Below are positions 61,767 through 64,000 of a stretch of 64,000 bases of DNA, piece after piece. The stretch lies in contig CAWDSQ010000007.1 of NCBI GenBank assembly GCA_963804955.1, forward strand, positions 480,001 through 544,000, read 5' to 3'. The translations under genes were made by a program, and so were the position numbers. The number at the start of each line of letters is the position of its first letter. Position 1 is the first letter of the stretch. The notes under the pieces were generated by a model that was not told the origin of the DNA, searched no databases, and worked only from the letters and a program-made list of their open reading frames with translations. This DNA is from an uncultured delta proteobacterium. Lineage in GTDB: Bacteria > Desulfobacterota > WTBG01 > CAIYCZ01 > CAIRTM01.

Positions 61767-63056
61767 TCAGCGCGGCGATTGCCCCAGCACCGCTTCCAGC
61801 ATATCAACGCTGCGGCGCACAGCGCCGATGTTCTCCTGAATCACGCCGAAAGCGTTCCGCCCGATCTCGCCGCAGGCATCGGGATTTTCAAAAAGCTGCA
61901 AAGCCTGCGCGGTCAATTGCTCCTGGCCGGTAACCTGAATGCCTGCTTTTTTCTGCAAAAGCATGCGTGCTATCTCCCTGAAATTGTGCATGTGGCGGCC
62001 GAAGATAACGGGCTTGCCGAACACCGCCGGCTCAAGCACATTGTGCCCGCCAACAGGAACAAGACTGCCGCCGATAAAAACAACCGTGCCCATGCTGTAG
62101 GTTTTGAAAAGCTCGCCGATCGTATCAAGCAGTATGACGCTGAGCTCCCGTGCGCGGGGCTCCTGTTTAAGTACCGTTCTGCGGGCATAGAGTAAGCCTG
62201 ATTGCCGCAGCAGGCCGTCAACCTCATCGAAGCGCTCCGGATGGCGCGGCGCCAGAATAAGCGCGGCCTGCGGAAAGCGGCGCCGAATGGCTGAAAAAAC
62301 CGCTATGATAATTTCCTCTTCGCCCTTATGCGTGCTGCCGGCAATAAAGACCTGCTGCTCAGGGTCAAAGCCGAAATCGCTGCGCAGCCGCTCCTGCTCC
62401 TGAAGCGTTATGGGCGGCACCTGCAAATCGAATTTGATATTGCCGCCCACCAGCACGCGCTCCTGCGGCGCGCCGATATCAATAATGCGCTGGGCATCTT
62501 CCGCCGTCTGCATGCACAGCCGGCTGACCTGCGTCAGCACCCGCTTAAAGAAAAAGCTGAACAGCTTGTAATTCCTGAATGACCGCTCGGAGATCCTGCC
62601 GCTGATCATCAGCACCGGTATGGACCGGCGTGACAGTTCGCGCAAAAAATTCGGCCAGATTTCGGTTTCAAGCATGATAAACACCCGGGGGTTGACAGCT
62701 CTCACCACCCGGCTCACGATGAAAGGATAATCAAATGGAAAATAGATAATGCGGTCGGCCTGCTTCAAGTTGCGGTGAGCGGTCTGATTGCCGGTTTCGG
62801 TAATGGTTGATACAACAAGCGGCACATCGGGGAAACGCTGCTTAATTTCCTTGATAAGCGGCACGGCTGCCATCACCTCGCCTACCGATACGGCATGCAC
62901 CCAGATGGGCCGCCCGGAGCCGGCCCGGGGCTTGAGCAAGCCGCACTTTTCCAGAAAGCCTGCACGGTATTTTTTGCGCGAAAGAAGCGCGGCGCAGGCA
63001 AGCGGCGCGCATACAACGGAAAGAATGGCAAGGATGCTGTTGTAGATCGTATACAT
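61767..63056 (-). CDS. waaA: Kdo transferase
   Basis: WVHAVSVGE, ETEIWPN, GNIKFD, GSTH.GEE, PRHPERF, GGHNVLEPA. Confidence 0.95.
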   Translation of the reverse strand: MYTIYNSILAILSVVCAPLACAALLSRKKYRAGFLEKCGLLKPRAGSGRPIWVHAVSVGEVMAAVPLIKEIKQRFPDVPLVVSTITETGNQTAHRNLKQADRIIYFPFDYPFIVSRVVRAVNPRVFIMLETEIWPNFLRELSRRSIPVLMISGRISERSFRNYKLFSFFFKRVLTQVSRLCMQTAEDAQRIIDIGAPQERVLVGGNIKFDLQVPPITLQEQERLRSDFGFDPEQQVFIAGSTHKGEEEIIIAVFSAIRRRFPQAALILAPRHPERFDEVDGLLRQSGLLYARRTVLKQEPRARELSVILLDTIGELFKTYSMGTVVFIGGSLVPVGGHNVLEPAVFGKPVIFGRHMHNFREIARMLLQKKAGIQVTGQEQLTAQALQLFENPDACGEIGRNAFGVIQENIGAVRRSVDMLEAVLGQSPR

Positions 63057-63067
63057 GGTGCAGTCTG

Positions 63068-64000
63068 TCAGGCGCTTGCCTGTTGGTTATCCTGCAGATA
63101 CACGGAATAGAGCTTGGTGTATTCTCCGCCGCGCTGCAGCAAATCGTCATGCCTGCCTTCTTCAACAATTCTGCCCGCAGCCAGCACGATGATGCGGTCG
63201 GCATTGCGGATGGTTGAAAGGCGGTGCGAAATGATAAAGGTCGTTCGCGATTTAATCAGCAGTTCAAGTGAATGCTGAATTTCTTTTTCCAGCTGGCTGT
63301 CAAGAGATGAGGTTGCCTCATCAAGAATCAGAATAGGGGCATTTTTCAGTATGGCCCGTGCTATTGCCAGACGCTGCCGCTGCCCGCCGGAAAGCTTCAT
63401 GCCCCGCTCGCCGATGACGGCATCATAGCCCTCGGGAATTTCCCGTATAAACTCATCGGCAAACGCTGCCTGCGCAGCCCGTATGACATCCTCGCGGCTG
63501 CGGCTTGTGTCGCCATAGACGATATTATTATAAATTGTGTCATTAAAGAGATCGGGGTTCTGGCTCACCAGCGATATCTGCGAGCGAAGCGACTGAAAGG
63601 TAACATCGCGCACATCATTTCCGTCAATCCGCACAGCGCCCTGCGTCACATCATAAAAACGCGGCACGAGATTGACAAGCGTTGTTTTTCCGCAGCCGGT
63701 CATCCCGACCAGAGCAACAACCTCACCGGGCCTGACATGCAGATTGATGTCATGCAGCACCAGATGCTCTCCGCCATAGGAAAACGACACGCCGTCAAAA
63801 CGGACCTCGCCACGCGCCGCCGGCAGCACCAGGGCGTTTGCCTTCTCCACAAGCTCAGGCCTGGTATCAAGCACGTCAAATACGCGCTTGGCGCCTGCCA
63901 GGCCTTCCTGGATATCCTGAACGGCAGTGCTGATATTTCGCGCCGGGCCGTACAGCAGGAGCAGCGCCGTGGTGAAGGAAAAAAACGTGCCTGCGGTTGC
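63068..64000 (-). CDS. msbA: MsbA-like ABC transporter (5' part outside the window)
   Basis: GMTGCGKT, LSGGQRQR, LDEATS; directly upstream of waaA. Confidence 0.8.
   Translation of the reverse strand, partial: ATAGTFFSFTTALLLLYGPARNISTAVQDIQEGLAGAKRVFDVLDTRPELVEKANALVLPAARGEVRFDGVSFSYGGEHLVLHDINLHVRPGEVVALVGMTGCGKTTLVNLVPRFYDVTQGAVRIDGNDVRDVTFQSLRSQISLVSQNPDLFNDTIYNNIVYGDTSRSREDVIRAAQAAFADEFIREIPEGYDAVIGERGMKLSGGQRQRLAIARAILKNAPILILDEATSSLDSQLEKEIQHSLELLIKSRTTFIISHRLSTIRNADRIIVLAAGRIVEEGRHDDLLQRGGEYTKLYSVYLQDNQQASA

Overview
Chromosomal window from an anaerobic Gram-negative bacterium. The gene content (2-oxoacid:ferredoxin oxidoreductase, tungsten AOR, HydG/HydE, octaheme cytochrome c, PaaK, sigma54 and sigma28 promoters) suggests Desulfobacterota/deltaproteobacteria; this is an inference. 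About 20 otherwise intact genes are broken by 1-bp indels, many in homopolymer runs, which is typical of an unpolished long-read assembly, so they are reconstructed as single CDSs rather than called pseudogenes. Housekeeping blocks are interrupted by three toxin-antitoxin-rich patches (6.5-7.7, 12.6-15.2 and 55.9-58.5 kb); the last is an integron cassette array with attC sites and no integrase in the window. Intergenic DNA carries GTAG-type REPs, a 131-bp MITE with TIRs and a target duplication, a 7-mer array and a 9-mer (AACCAATTG) inverted-array family that recurs four times. The most interesting protein is an N-terminally membrane-anchored ferredoxin-dependent bilin reductase (FDBR/RCCR)-like protein lying downstream of a nitroreductase and an aldehyde:ferredoxin oxidoreductase. 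Two acyl-CoA synthetase homologues lack the catalytic A10 lysine. All family assignments come from motif recognition by eye; no database searches were run.
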